A stretch of DNA of 64,000 nucleotides. It comes from Octopus sinensis. Taxonomy: Eukaryota. The stretch spans positions 28,024,001 through 28,088,000 of the forward strand of contig NC_043015.1 in assembly GCF_006345805.1 (NCBI RefSeq). Direction: 5' to 3'. The notes under the pieces are model-generated. The model did not search any database. It worked only from the letters and a program-made list of their open reading frames with translations, and was not told the DNA's origin. Shown here one piece after another: positions 12,897 to 26,667 of this stretch. The position numbers and the translations under genes are program-made. Numbering within the stretch: position 1 is the first letter of the stretch; each line of letters begins with the position of its first letter.

Positions 12897-13425
12897 TCAT
12901 CATCATCATTGTTCGACTGTGGTCGAGACAACGGAATTTACTATGTTACACAGACTTCACAGTCCATCATAGCATTACGGAGGTCCTGTTGCTGGATGCC
13001 TGTATCCCTGGAGATTACATCAGGGTAGGAGAGTGTATGCCCTCTGGTATCGCGAGCAGATGGCTTCCAGAGGAGAAGAGTAGAAATTACTTCTTTTTCA
13101 GCTCTACAACAATGTCCAGCAAACTGGACTCTCCTACCTTTCACAAGAGATGACACAGGTGGTAGTTTCCCATATATTTGCATTTTGGTTGGATGACGCT
13201 TCCACGAGAGATTTTGAGCTCTCATAAGGAGGCGAGTGTAGGTTCCATCCAACCGCCTCTCAAGCTTCTGTGATAACGTCCAGGTTTCTGAGCCATATAG
13301 TAGAATTGGTTCGACTGTGGCTTTGAAGATTTCAAGTTTGAAGTCTCTACTTAGATTTGATGACCAGATCTTATGCATGTCATTACAGGCTTTGAAGAAT
13401 CTTTGTCATTGGCAACCCTTCTACC
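12897..13425 (-). mobile_element. RTE-clade LINE, 5'-truncated 3' end (RT C-terminal region, ORF 13378-12941)
   Basis: LLYGSETWTLS..RRLDGTYTRLL and RRVQFAGHC motifs typical of RTE/RTE-X; (GAT)n tail; 11-bp TSD AGAGAAATACA (12886-12896, 13426-13436). Confidence 0.9.
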
Positions 13426-14267
13426 AGAGAAATACAAATTTTCCAGGCAATCAGTTTGCTTTGTATGTTTACCTATCCTTGTGATCTGATCGGCCTATTC
13501 TCTGATCACTTTTCAAATTTACTTTTTCATATCACCATCATTGTTTTAATATCCACTTTTTCATGCTTGCATGGGTCAAATGAAATTTGTTGAAGCAGAC
13601 TTTTAACAGCCAGATTAGATGCTCATCTTGTTTCCAAGCAAAGTGATATTTGCCCCTAATCCTTCGAACATGAAGAGTACAGTGGCCAGACATGTTTCCA
13701 TGGAAGATTGTAAATGAACAACATCACTTGTATGACAGTGATGGTCGTTTACAATTAGCATGCACTGTCAAAACAAGGACACACATACACACTCACAACA
13801 GCCTTCATTCAGTTTCCATCTACCATTCACAAAGCTTTGGTCACCCTAGAGGACATTTAACCCAAGACATCAGACAGAGTAACTGAACATAAAGACTGAA
13901 GGTTGCAAACCCACATAACCATGTCCTAGACACACATTGAGGTGTGCATTTAGTTTAATGTTAAATATACATTAAAAACCTGACTATACTCATGTTTGAT
14001 CTTTTCCATTAAAGAGTCTTCATATTTCTTCATTAGCCCTTTATGGTAGGCTTGGAACAATATTCCATTTGTCTAGCATTTCATAATCTCATTTCCAAAT
14101 AAATCGTTGCAATGGTGTGTAGTCTACTTATTCTGCAGTAAGTTGCAAAGGTCTTGGGAATAATTTTATAACTGATAAAATCAACAATGCTGAGTTTAAA
14201 ATTACACAACAGTAAATCCAGATAGATTTCATAATACCAAGACGTATCTTTTTTATTTATTTATATA

Positions 14268-14430
14268 AGGCGCAGGAGTGGCTGTGTGGTAAGTAGCTTG
14301 CTTACCAACCACATGGTTCTGGGTTCAGTCCCACTGTGTGGCATCTTGGGCAAGTGTCTTCTACTATAGCCTCGGGCCGACCAAAACCTTGTGAGTGGAC
14401 TTGGTAGACGGAAACTAAAAGAAGCCCGTC

Positions 14431-14486
<56 letters not shown>

Positions 14487-14702
14487 ATGTTTGTGTGTCT
14501 GTGTTTGTCCCCCTAGCATTGCTTGACAACTGATGCTGGTGTGTTTATGTCCCTGTTACTTAGCGGTTCGGCAAAAGAGACCGATAGAATAAGTACTGGG
14601 CTTACAAAAGAATAAGTCCCGGGGTCGATTTGCTCGACTAAAGGCGGTGCTCCAGCATGGCCGCAGTCAAATGACTGAAACAAGTAAAACAGTAAAACAG
14701 TA
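14268..14702 (+). mobile_element. SINE family A
   Basis: Full-length copy. Confidence 0.9.
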
Positions 14703-15384
14703 TATGATATATCTACGCATCCGAGTTTGTCTTTTCCTATCGCTAAAGCTTTCATTGCTATTTCTCTCAATTTTTATGAACTGATTTTATTTTGTATACT
14801 GCATTGTAATTTGGAAACGAGATAGTGAAGGCCTCGAAATATCTGACTAATGGATTTCGGAACATTATTGTTCCCAAACCGAACATAAAGGAATAATAAA
14901 GTAAAACGAAAAATTCTTAATAAAAAGCATCAAACTTGTACACAGTAGTAATACGTTCAAAAGAAAAAAAATTGTCTGCTATTTACACAATCGTGAATGT
15001 GGGGTTGAAAAGTTCCTTTCAGTCATATGGTTTCTGGTTTGATTGTATTGCACAACTTGTTAAGCAAGTGCCCTCACAAGAGTGAAATTTACTAGATAGA
15101 AATTATATGGAAACCCATTGTATGGACTAAGGGATTATGTTAGTGGACATTCAAACAAGAGGCTATCAGCACTATGTTGTGTTAGTGATGTAACTCTCAA
15201 AATGGCAAAACTGCTCCCATGGATATTCCATAGGGCACCAGAAATCACATTTGACTTGACAGTTCCATATATTACATGTTATTGTTAGTATAGGGAAAGA
15301 AGTTCCTAAACAGAGTCTGCAAACCTGGTTCAATTTCCAGTTGTATCTATTTCATTTGTCATTTCATTTCCACCATTATTCTTT

Positions 15385-15598
15385 TATTCTTTTAATTCTT
15401 TTATTTGCTTCGGTCACTTGACTGCGGCCATGCTGGAGCACCCCAGGACTTATTGTTTTGTAAGCCTAGCACTTATTCTACCAGTCACTTTTGCTAAGCC
15501 ACTAACCTATGGGGATGTAAACACAACATCGGTTGTCAAGCGAAGGTGAGGGGACAAACACAAACACATAGCTATATATATGTGTATGTGTATGTGTA

Positions 15599-15642
<44 letters not shown>

Positions 15643-15825
15643 GATACATACATATGCCAGGCTTCTTTCAGTTTCTGTCTACCAAATCCACTCACAAGGC
15701 TTTGGTCAACCTCAGGCTATAGTAAAAGACACTTGCCTAACCAATGGTGCCATGCAGTGGGACTGAACCTAGAACCATGTGGTTGGGAAGCAAGGTTCCT
15801 ACAACACAACCAAGCTTGCGCTTAT
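15385..15825 (-). mobile_element. SINE family A (diverged)
   Basis: Homology to family A with indels. Confidence 0.8.
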
Positions 15826-16816
15826 AGATGGAAATAATAATTCAGACTCAAATCCTTCACTGAATATCACGGACAATAAATGATGAGGTGAAGAACAATT
15901 ATAAAGGCAAGAAATAATGGTATTTGAACAATTTTTAGCTACAATAAAGATTACTCAAAAACAATACTATATAACAATGAAATAATTTCCATACTGTACA
16001 AATAGAAAAAGTACTAGGCTTACAAAGAGTAAGTCCTGTGGTCAATTTGTTTGACTAAAGGTGGTGCTCCAGCATGGCTGCAGTCAAATGACTGAAACAA
16101 ATAAAAGAATAATATATCTGTATATTTGTATGCAAGCTCCATTATTTTTCCACTATGAGCACTATTTTCCCATCTTCAGAACAAGCAGTGTAAGCTTATG
16201 TAATTGCTACTTCTAAAAAGAGTCACACACACATATATACACACATCTATACAAAACTTCTTCACCCAAAGGAAAGAATTCTGAACTGTTTCTTCAATGT
16301 GTATCTATCTCTATGAAAGAAACAGATGCATTTGAAGTAAATGAACAGTGTGCATTACTCAGATAACTGCTTTAATATCGCATCAGTTGAAAAGAATCAC
16401 CATAGGACAGATATATAGGACGACGTTCAAAAGGTTTTCAATAATGCCTGTCAGGTATGTGTTTCCAAACATGATTTCAGAAACCCCCACAATTCATTGG
16501 TTCTTTGTAATATCAATATCTTACTTTTGTATTATCTATCAGTTTCTTCATTCTATATGGTGAATGTTAAGCAGGTCAGTCAGTAAATACTGAAATCTTG
16601 TCAATTTCTGAAATTTCGTATCAGTTCTTTTGTTTCAAAATTGCTAACATTCACTTGCTCTCCAGATATTTCAAGTTTTAATATCTTTCTTTTGAGTGGA
16701 ATCATATAGCAGAATGGCGGATTAAATGCTTTGCAGAGGATTGTTATAGACCTTTAGATTCCAAGTTCAAATCATACACAGTTCATCCTTTTCATGTTTA
16801 ATAAAATAGATACTAC

Positions 16817-17330
16817 ATCATCATCATCATCATCGTTTAACATCTGTTTTCCATGCTAGCATGGGTTGGACGGTTTGACTGGGGTCTGGGGAGCCAGAAG
16901 GCTGCACCAAGGCTCCAGTCTGATCTGGCAGTGTTTCTACAGCTGGATGCCCTTCCTAATGCCAACCACTCCGTGAGTGTAGTGGGTGCTTTTTACATGC
17001 CACCAGCAGAGGTGCCAGGGGAGGCTGGCAACGGCCACGATCGGTTGGTGCTTTTTACGTGCCACTGGCTCGGAAGCCAGTCAAGGTGGCACTGGCATCG
17101 ACCATGTATGGATAGTGCTTTTTACGTAACACCAGCACAGGTGCCAGGGGAGGCTGGCAACGGCCACGATTGGTTGGTGCTTTTTACATACCACCGACAC
17201 GGAAGCCAGTCAAGGTGGTGCTGGCATCAACCACATACGGATGGTGCTTTTTACGTGCCACCAGCACAGTTACTAGGGGAGGCTGGCAACGGCCACGATC
17301 GGTTGGTGGTTTTTACGTGCCACCGACGGT
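16817..17330 (-). mobile_element. SINE family B with internal ~60-bp tandem repeats
   Basis: Family B 3' part plus repeated GGCTGGCAACGGCCACGAT..GGTGCTTTTTAC units. Confidence 0.85.
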
Positions 17331-17923
17331 CAATTAATTTGGCAAAGCTATCTCCTTCAAATTTGTGACATTTTGCTTAATGAAATCAATATCTACCTTA
17401 CAAGAGAAACACGTTGGCAAAAGTAATACAGCAATACAACAAAATATATAACACTATTTATCTAACAAATAGGTCATACCAGAAATAGGTGGGAACACAA
17501 ATATTTGACAACTCAAAAAGGGTTCATTAGAGCGTGAAGGTTATAGTCAATGATTTGCAAGCTTCTTAACCACACGGTGACTGTGTTGTTAAGAAGCTTG
17601 CTTCCCAAAGATGCAGTCTTCAGTTCAATTCTACTGCATGGTACCTTATTAGTAGATTTGGTTGATAGAAGCTTAACGAGGCCTGCCATATAAGTGTGTG
17701 TGTTTGCGTGTACCCTTGTCTAGACATCACGTGATCGTTTTAAGTGGGCATCATTGTCATACAAGTGAAGTTGTTTATTTTGAGTCTTGTGTAAAAACAG
17801 GTCTAGCTTTAGGGAAATAATACCTTACTTGAAAACAGGTGAGTGGAAGGGAATATGGTTTTATGATAATGTTAATCTATGGTCTAATAAAAAGGTATAT
17901 GACATGAATGTATCAAGTATAGG

Positions 17924-18280
17924 CATAGGCGTGGCTGTGTGAGGCTAAGAAGCCCACTTTGCAACCATGTGGTTTTGGGTTCAACCCCACTGCATGGCAC
18001 CTTGTACAAGTGTCTTCTGTTAAATCCCCAGGTCAACCAGTCCCCCGAGAGTGAATTTGGGAGATGGAAACTGTGTGGAAGTCATATTGTGTATGTGTGT
18101 GTGTAAAAGTTTGTGTTTGTTCCCAACACAGCTGCTTGACAACTACTGTTGGTTTATGACACTGTAACTTAGGGGTTCAGCAAAAGGGGAACAATAGAAT
18201 GAATACCAGACTTCAAAAAATACTAGGATTGATTTCTTCGACCAAACCCTTCAAGGTAGTGGCCCCAGCATGACTAAAAG
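17924..18280 (+). mobile_element. SINE family A (old, diverged)
   Basis: Head, core and tail recognisable. Confidence 0.7.
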
Positions 18281-18488
18281 AAGTATCAGTATTTTTCTCT
18301 AAGTTATCTGGAACAGGTAGCATCATTTACACAATTTTCTCTAAGGATCAATAGTTTAGAGTCTCTTTCTATTTCACCATTCTCCAGGTGAGAGAGTGCA
18401 AGGAAAAAAAAAACATAGAAAAAGTAGCAATAAAAAAATCCCGATGAGAAAATGATGAATGAATAAGTCCCATAAGTGTAAATACAAA

Positions 18489-18519
<31 letters not shown>

Positions 18520-19264
18520 GTGTCCTCGTTTTGAGAAACTAGCAATACAAGGTGAGCTAATGGGAAGTTGTAGTCATGACCTGATTCTCATTTAAGTTAT
18601 TTCACTTCGTTTACATTGCTAATGACCTTGGAAAAGAAATTAATGTCATTACTCTCATTCATATATCATCTTCCCAGAGTTGATTGTCCATCACTGATTA
18701 ATGTTCGTCATGAAAGATAGATGTTTTATCTGTCATTTAAAATATCTAACATATATTAAATATGCAAATAGTTAAGAAATAAAGAAAAAAGAATTAACCA
18801 CCCATATGCCGATTAAAAAAAAGAACATGCCACTATTCGTAGCATTAGATGTTAAATGGTGAATTAATTAATGTCCATTTTAATTAATAATAAAAGGAAA
18901 GGGAAGTCTGCAATTAGTGACAAAAATGAACAGAAATTGGAAGGCTGATAGAACCATGGTAGTAGGAATAGAAGAAAAAAATGGTTAAAACTTTAGAAAT
19001 ATTTTATAAGAGTTAAAGAACAAGATTTTATTTTTTCAGGATGTACATCAATGTTTTGAAAGAAATTAACATTAAAACAAGTAAATGTTATTGATTAAGT
19101 GTTATAGTATGTACAGAAAAATGAAACGAATTAAGAACATACGTATGTACGTACATATGTATGTATATTTTCTTCTAGTGGCTTCAATCACTGGACTGCA
19201 TGTAGGCCAAGATACCACCTTCATGGACTAGTTGATTATATCAACCTCAATTTTTATATACTAA

Positions 19265-19437
19265 CTAGCAGTATGACCTGTTGTGGGGTGACTGGGGAAA
19301 TGTAAAGATGTGCACGACCACCCTTGGACAGTTTTGAATGACCATAGAAAGTGCAAGCCCTCTAACTGAAAAATTGTGGATTTGTATAAAGGACACACAC
19401 ACACAGACAGACATTTCGCCGTTTATATATATAGAGA
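19265..19437 (-). mobile_element. Short non-autonomous Helitron (Lep1-like architecture)
   Basis: Minus strand A|TC...CTAG|T ends; (CA)/(CAGA) microsatellite next to TTTATATATATAGAGA; terminal hairpin eroded. Confidence 0.5.
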
Positions 19438-21974
19438 TTGTATTTATTGTTTCTAAAGAACGGCTGAGTTTAGCATGGGTAACAGGTGTTATATCCTCTT
19501 AAGGAATAACCATCACAAGTAATTTACACTGATGTACACAGACATGTAGATAGATAAGATTCAGCATAGTTCAACCTGAGACCAAGGTAGAAAATATTTG
19601 CCTGTAGGTCCACAAAGTAGGATCAAACTAAACTTTAGAGACCTCACTGTCATACCTGTAAACAATTAAAGGGGACCACTAGGCTGTAATAATAATAGTG
19701 TGGTTTCTGAACAAATTTGTTTTGTCTTCTACTTCTCCAGGTCAAACAGATATCATTATTGCAATGAATACAGTACAAAATTAGAACCAATTTTGCAATG
19801 AATGTGAAGGACAGAAAAAAAAAGAAAAGAATCCCCTTCCTGAACAAATGCCTTAACTCTTTAATAGGAATTCCTTCTTCCCATACACTGATGATCTCTA
19901 TACCATCATCAGTGTTCTTTTTTTAAATGCTCAACATTCATTGGGAAACTTTCTGTCCATCTTCAGCTGCAGTGAAGATGTTTCTGTTAATATTTCTGCC
20001 ATAAAGCATGCATAAACTCGTACATCAATGAGTTTGTATTCCTCTGGAGATATTAGAAAAACAATGAGACATCAAAGACATTGGAAAGCCAAGAAACATT
20101 AGAAAACAAAATAATTATTAAAATACTAGAAGTCAGTGCTTCAGAAAATCTTTAATACAAAAGAAAACCAGAAGAAAAAATAAAAAGTAAACATAAAGAC
20201 AGACAATTCTTGAGAGATTCAACCTTGAACTTCAAAGTCTTTGAAGTTCAATCATGTCGCATTTAACGCTATTTCACACCTTATCCTATCTGTCTGCATG
20301 AAATTATTATTATGTTGAGATTGAGATACACTTCAAAATGTTTTGCAAACATAAAAAAAACACAGATATTTCAGAAAGAAAAACAAAAATGTAAAATATG
20401 AGGTTAATAAATTCATCTGCACAAATTCATTTCTATCTTAAAAGCCACGAAAGAACCATCTATTATTATTACTCTGCATGATGTTTAATAATTAAAATAG
20501 ACACCTAATGCTCTTTTATATATAATCTTCCCAATTTGATCTCCATTGATTTCACTCCACAATCATTATCAACTTCCATATATAGAAACAGCATTAAGTA
20601 TTTTAAGTTCAATAAAATTTACAAAATGGTTTTAAAATAAATGGTGAAGTTAATAATTATACCTGACCTTGTGAATAATAATTTTGCCTTTTTAACCTGA
20701 GGGCAGGCAACTCCAGCATTGATTTAATTAATTCTCTATTTATTTCAGCCTAATTAATCCAGATTAAACTTGACAATTCCCTGAGCCAGTATGTTATAGT
20801 ATATGAGGCATGCATTGAGAATACTTAATATTAGAGATTGTCTGATAATTTTTTCATGTACTCCTAGTAATATTTTCTCGAATGAATTTGGAGGTCTTAA
20901 GTAATTTCTATATTACAATACTTTAAAATACTCTGAGGGTTTTCTGCTAGAGACATCAGACCCAGTAAGCTGCTTCAAATTTTGTTCAAGGAATTTGATC
21001 GACACAGGCATACAACAAAGCCTTATTACAATATAAATCTATTAGCAAAGAAAGATTAAAACACTGAAAATCAATACAACCGAGCCTAAGTCATGGTAAT
21101 ACAAAAGAAAAATACAAAATACCCCAACCTTATAATTAAAAAATATATATAGCTCTGGTCTTAGACTAAAATATTTTGCTTCTTGTTATAAAGCATTAAC
21201 TATGCTCTGTTCAAATTTCCAATATTTCTTTTTTCTTTTAAGATATAAATCAAATGTTGTTTCTGAAACAATGTGAAATTTGTCCAAAATGTCAGATTTG
21301 TTATCATTCTTCATCTCTTTTCTGTTCGGTTTTTAAAATATACAACCTAAAAATTATTTGTTAGAAATGAAGAAGACAAGACATTCAAAAGTAAATACAA
21401 TTTAAGTCATATGTTTGTTTGTTTTTTTGTCTTTCATTCCTTTCTTAGAGAAATGTCAAGTCAATTATAAATTGAGTAAGTTAAAATAATTCAGAATGAA
21501 CTAAAATAAAATTTTAGTCAATTCCAAACACCAAGAGTATACTTCCAATAATCTAATATGCTAAAACATTTCCATAACTAGGCTTTTCAGATAAATGATT
21601 GCAACAAACCATTAGTTTTTATCCTTTTTAAGAGTATAAATGTCCTTTGAAAAGGAAAAAAATCTAGAGTCTAGTTATTCAAGGAAGACAAAACATAGAT
21701 TAGAGATAATTATCAACAACCACTGAAGTGTCTCACCAACATTTTAAACAGGCTTGAGAACATTATTATTATTATTATATATTTATTTTTTGGCACCAAT
21801 TAAGAGCAGCTTCAATTTTTAATTCAACAATTCTTGTGTTTCAGTTTGAACCATTTCTTTCTTAGTTTCATATTACAAAATATTTCTTACCAACTCTTTA
21901 AATTTGAAAGTTAAATTTGTTAGACACATTTATATATGTGTATTTTTTCCCTTTTTATTTATTTCAACAATTAG

Positions 21975-22281
21975 ACTGCGGCCATGCTGGGGCACCACCT
22001 TGAAGAATTTCCAGTCAAATGAATTGACCCTAGTACTTGTTTTTCCTTTTTTTTTTTAAAGCCTGGTACTTATTCTATCAGCTTCTTTTACCAAATCACT
22101 AAATTATGGGGACATAAACACACACACACACATACATACATGTGATGGACTTTCTTCAGTTTCCTGTCTACAAAATCCACTCACAAGGATTTGGTTGGCC
22201 TGAGGCTATAATAGAAGACACTTGCCCAAGGTGCAATGCAATGAGATTGAACCCGGAACCGTGCGGTTGGGAAGCAAGCTT
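21975..22281 (-). mobile_element. SINE family A (diverged)
   Basis: Homology to family A. Confidence 0.75.
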
Positions 22282-22334
22282 CTTACCATACAGCCATGCC
22301 GCTTACCATTTTCATTAATTTTCTGTTTACATTC

Positions 22335-22800
22335 TCATGCTTCCATAGGCCAGAAGAGGAGTCTTTTCTAACACAGCTTCTCACCATTTCTTGGCTTCCC
22401 TCTTCATGAGGTTCAATGTTCTCAGACTGACGTTCACCACTTCTGGCCGTACCTTCCTTGGGCTTCCATCCTCCCAGTTTCTTTCAACTTGGATCCCCTA
22501 GCACTTGTTGACCTATCTGTTCCTTCACCCCTACATCACATGCCTGCATCAGTGCATTGTTTTCTCTCTCTCTCAATCACATCTCACACCTCATCTACAC
22601 AACATTCCTCATGCATACTACCGATACACATCCGGCAGAGCATTCTTGCTTCCCTTCTTCTGACTTCACACATCATCAGCAGTCACTGACTCCATCTCAC
22701 TACACAGCAGCATTGCAGTTCACATGCAAACAGTGCTTAGGCTACCCTTTGCTCTCACAGAGAATCCCTTTGTTGTTAGAAGCATTAGCTCCCTGAACAT
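22335..22800 (-). mobile_element. Highly decayed RTE LINE 3' end
   Basis: Minus-strand remnants resembling the RTE C-terminal RW.G.V.R...G.R..GRP..TW pattern, with stops and frameshifts. Confidence 0.5.
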
Positions 22801-22973
22801 TCTCTATTTTATTCTTATTCTGGTTACTAAGCTTTCAGGGCACCTTCCTCAACTGCTGATTAGAAATACCTACACAACAAAAGTTATCAACTACATCTAT
22901 ATACACCCTTCTGAACATTGCAAGGAATCTAATTTACTGGTAATATTGATGCTTAGCTACTCCTGTGCATTTG

Positions 22974-23004
<31 letters not shown>

Positions 23005-23011
<7 letters not shown>

Positions 23012-23350
23012 ATTCGAGACAAAACCACTATTTTAAAACCAAACAAGGAAAGACTTAATCAATACATAAAATTTTAATATAAATTAAATAAACCGCCACT
23101 AAAAATGTTTTATGTCTGCTTCCGACAATCTTCAGGTGGATTTTCGATCTTCTAATCAGTAGAAGACATGAAACATTTGTAGTGGCGGTTTATTTAATTT
23201 ATATTAAAATTTTATGTATTGATTAAGTCTTTCTTTGTTTGGTTTTAAAATAGTGGTTTTGTCTCGAATTATATTATATAATATTTTACTATAAAATTGG
23301 ATTTAACCCTAAATCTGATTTTTCCCTGTAATTTTGGATTCATTCCCTAA
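23005..23350. mobile_element. HH-B repeat with fold-back (inverted) duplication
   Basis: Arms ~23005-23125 and ~23162-23281 are near-perfect reverse complements. Hammerhead halves lie on each arm. Flanked by (TA)n. Confidence 0.75.
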
Positions 23351-23357
23351 TATTTAT

Positions 23358-23392
<35 letters not shown>

Positions 23393-23517
23393 TTCTACAC
23401 ACAGATATATATTTACATATAATTATTCTGCACACACACACACACATATATATATACATATATATACATACATACATATATGTATGTATGTATGTATATA
23501 TGTATGTATGCATAAAA

Positions 23518-23555
23518 TTGTCCGACGAACGGGAACGTGAAACTCCGAGTAACAG
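23518..23555 (+). ncRNA. Hammerhead-like motif, U4C core (family HH-D)
   Basis: ttgt-CCGACGA-acg ggaa cgt-GAAA-ctccgag-TA-acag. Confidence 0.6.
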
Positions 23556-23734
23556 GTTTTGTTGAATTTCTGCTGCTTTTAAATAAAGTATAAATTATAT
23601 ATATATAATTACATATATATATATAAATAATAACATATATATATAAATAATTACACACACACACATATATATTTATCTATATATATAATTGTATATAAAT
23701 ATATATACATATATATATGTGATTATATTATCAT

Positions 23735-24005
23735 GATCATTGTTTAACATCCGCTTTCCATGCTGGCATGGGTTGGATGGTTTAACTGAGGACTGGTGAA
23801 CAAGAAAACTACACTAGGCTCCAATCTGATCAGGCAAAGTTTCTACAGCTTGATGCCCTTCCTAATGCCAACCACTCCAAGAGTGTAGTTGGTGCTTTTA
23901 TGTGCCACCGGCACGAAGGCCACTCAGGCAGTTCTGGCAATGACCACGCTCAAAAGGTATCTTTTATGTGCTACCTGCATGGGAGCCAGTCCGTTGGCAC
24001 GAGCA
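23735..24005 (-). mobile_element. SINE family B
   Basis: Homology to family B. Confidence 0.8.
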
Positions 24006-25056
24006 ACAACATATATACATATAATTATTCTACACATACACACACACACACACATATATATATATATCAATGTACAGAAGAGAGTGCAGTGTGTTGCAAG
24101 CATCTGGGTCAAGTTTCTAGCTTGCAGATGTCTTCCTATTTTCCATCCACCAGTCCTAGATGATCTATAAAGGATGGGGGGACCCTGACCATTGCCTTTT
24201 CTTCTGACTAAATGGTATATAAAAAAATAACACCAAAAGAAGCATGAACCCTACAAGCTGCAGTAACTTAGGATAACTAATAAAGGTAGGGAAACATTTT
24301 AGTCCTGCCATGGCCAACCATTCTAGTGCCAGCAAATCAATAAAATGCACCCATTCCATACTGCAAAGTGACTGGTGATAAAAAGGGGCTTTCAACCATA
24401 TAAAAAAAGTTGGGTGGTTTTCTTCTCTATTGCTGTGCATACTAAATAATGAAGAACCACAATAAGCAGGAAGACAAACCCATACTAACAGAGAAAAACC
24501 TATGTGCATATATGTATGCTCAGAAAAAAGCAAACACACGCACACACACATAAAAATATAAATAAATATTTCATATTGCTTTCAAGGTTTTCTATAAGTA
24601 AATGTTTATTAAATAATGTGATCAATAAGCCAGCACCTAGTATAGAGAGACTCGTACAATTTCCTTTTATTTTTTTCTCTACATGAATAAATGCCACCAG
24701 AGATTATATTAAAATTTCGTTCCACAAGCTTTAGCTGTGATGTTTCATTGATATAGTACAAAATTATATTTTAGTTGACTTTGTTTTACTACAGCAACCA
24801 TTTTATTCAGTCAGGAGTGAATTGAAAAGGTCGAGTTCAACTCACATTCCACCAGAGCATTTTTTGATTTACATTCATCGAAAACTGAAACAGGAAATTT
24901 GAAGTGCTTTAAAATTGTGGGATGGATATTTTAGTAATAATTCTCACCATAGGGAAAAAGAAGTTATGCAACCCTTTGCACTACTAGAACATTTCTAGGG
25001 ATATTTGTCTTTAGATAGTCATTTAGATAAGGTGATTAATTGACAAGTTGGCAGAA

Positions 25057-25286
25057 TTAACCCTTTCATAACCAACCCGGCTGAAACCGGCTCTGGCTCT
25101 GTACTACAAATGTCTTGTTTTTATAAGTTTTGAATTAAAACCTTCCACCAAACCTTAGTCACAATTTATGTTCCTAACACTAGCTGAATGATAACTAAAT
25201 TATTTTACTAAATTCTTTGTTATATTTAAAATTAATTGAAAGAAACACAGAGCATCTCAACAGAAATATGGGAACAAAAGGGTTAA
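25057..25286 (+). mobile_element. piggyBac-type MITE family 2
   Basis: TTAA-CCCTTT...AAAGGG-TTAA; further copies at 25335-25564 and, inverted, at 26149-26377. Confidence 0.85.
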
Positions 25287-25334
25287 AAGCACTCATGCTG
25301 GTGCCATGTAGAAGGCACTAGTGATGGTGTCACA

Positions 25335-25564
25335 TTAACCCTTTTGATATCAACCTACCTGAAACCACTTCTGGCTCTGTAGTACAAATGTCTTGTTTTC
25401 ATAAGTTTTGAATTAAAATCTTCCACCAAACCTTAGTCACAATTTATGTTCCTAACACTAGCTTAATGATAATGAAAGTTATTTTACTAAATTCTTTGTT
25501 ATATTTAACGTAATTGAAAGAAACACAGAGCATCTCAAAATAAATACAGTAACGAAAGGGTTAA
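25335..25564 (+). mobile_element. piggyBac-type MITE family 2
   Basis: Same body and termini as 25057-25286. Confidence 0.85.
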
Positions 25565-26148
25565 GATTGTTGGGTAGGATCCTCATCATCATTGTTTTAA
25601 CATCTACTTTTCCATGCTTGAATAGGTCAAATGGAATTTATTGAGGGCGATTTTTTTTTATGGACAGATGCCTTTCCTGTTGCTAACCTTCACCTGTTCA
25701 GACATGCTTTCACGGAAGGTTGAAAATGAAGAACACCACTTGAATGGTGACACATGTTTTACAAATATCATATGATGTCAAAGTAAGGAAATAGAGATAT
25801 ATATATGGGTTTCTTTCAGTTTCAGTCTTCCAAATTCAATTACAAGGTGCTGCATTGGAGTTATTTCACTTGGGGTAGTGTGCATGTGTGTGTGGATGGG
25901 TGGGGGGGTCAGTTCTTTTTCTCCTTTCCACTCTCATTCTCTGTTTTCAGCTATGTTCAGATTTGGCGAGTGACGTGTTTCACCAGGTTTTAAAAAAATG
26001 TTCAAGATATTTCTATGTCATGGAGGTGCTCGTATGACTCCATCAGTAAATGAAAGCCCAAGGAAGGAAGTCTGTCATGAGTCATAGTTCTTAAAGAAAT
26101 GGGAATGAGAAATGAAATCAAACCTAGTATTTGACTGGTGAGCGCTGT

Positions 26149-26377
26149 TTAACCCTTTCGTTGCTGTATTTATTTTGAGATGCTCAGTGTTTCTTCCAAT
26201 TATTTTAAATGTAACAAAGAATTTAGTAAAATAACATCGTTATCATTAAGCTAGTGTTAGGAACATAAATTGGGACTAAGATTTAGTGGAAGATTTGAAT
26301 TCAAAACTTATGAAAACAAAACATTTATACTAAAGAGCCAGAGCCGGTTTCAGCCGGGTTGGTAACGAAAGGGTTAA
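26149..26377 (-). mobile_element. piggyBac-type MITE family 2 (inverted copy)
   Basis: Reverse complement of 25057-25286; TTAA at both ends. Confidence 0.85.
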
Positions 26378-26667
26378 AAGCATAAAAAAAAAAAACAGGA
26401 GACAAATTCAACGATGGTGGAATTTAAATCCAGACTGCAAAGTATTTTGTCCGGGTTGTAACTGATTCTGCCAGCCAATGCCCTTTAATAAATGTAAAAA
26501 TATCAAAAATGGATGTTTTTGTTTGGATGTGAGTGGAAATATCTGTAACTATTGAAGCTTATATGAAATATCCTCAAACCAAAATAGTTGATTAATAAAT
26601 AGAACATCTTTTGTAGCTGACATTCTTAATTGAGGGGTTAAATGGTTAAAGTTGGGACCTAAAATCA

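Noticed and set aside
19830-21040. Protein-looking minus-strand stretches (..DDGIEIISVWEEGIPIKELRHLFRKG; ..INRELIKSMLELPALRLKRQ)
   Set aside because: Interrupted by stops and frameshifts with no recognisable domain; possibly a decayed TE or pseudogene but not supportable.
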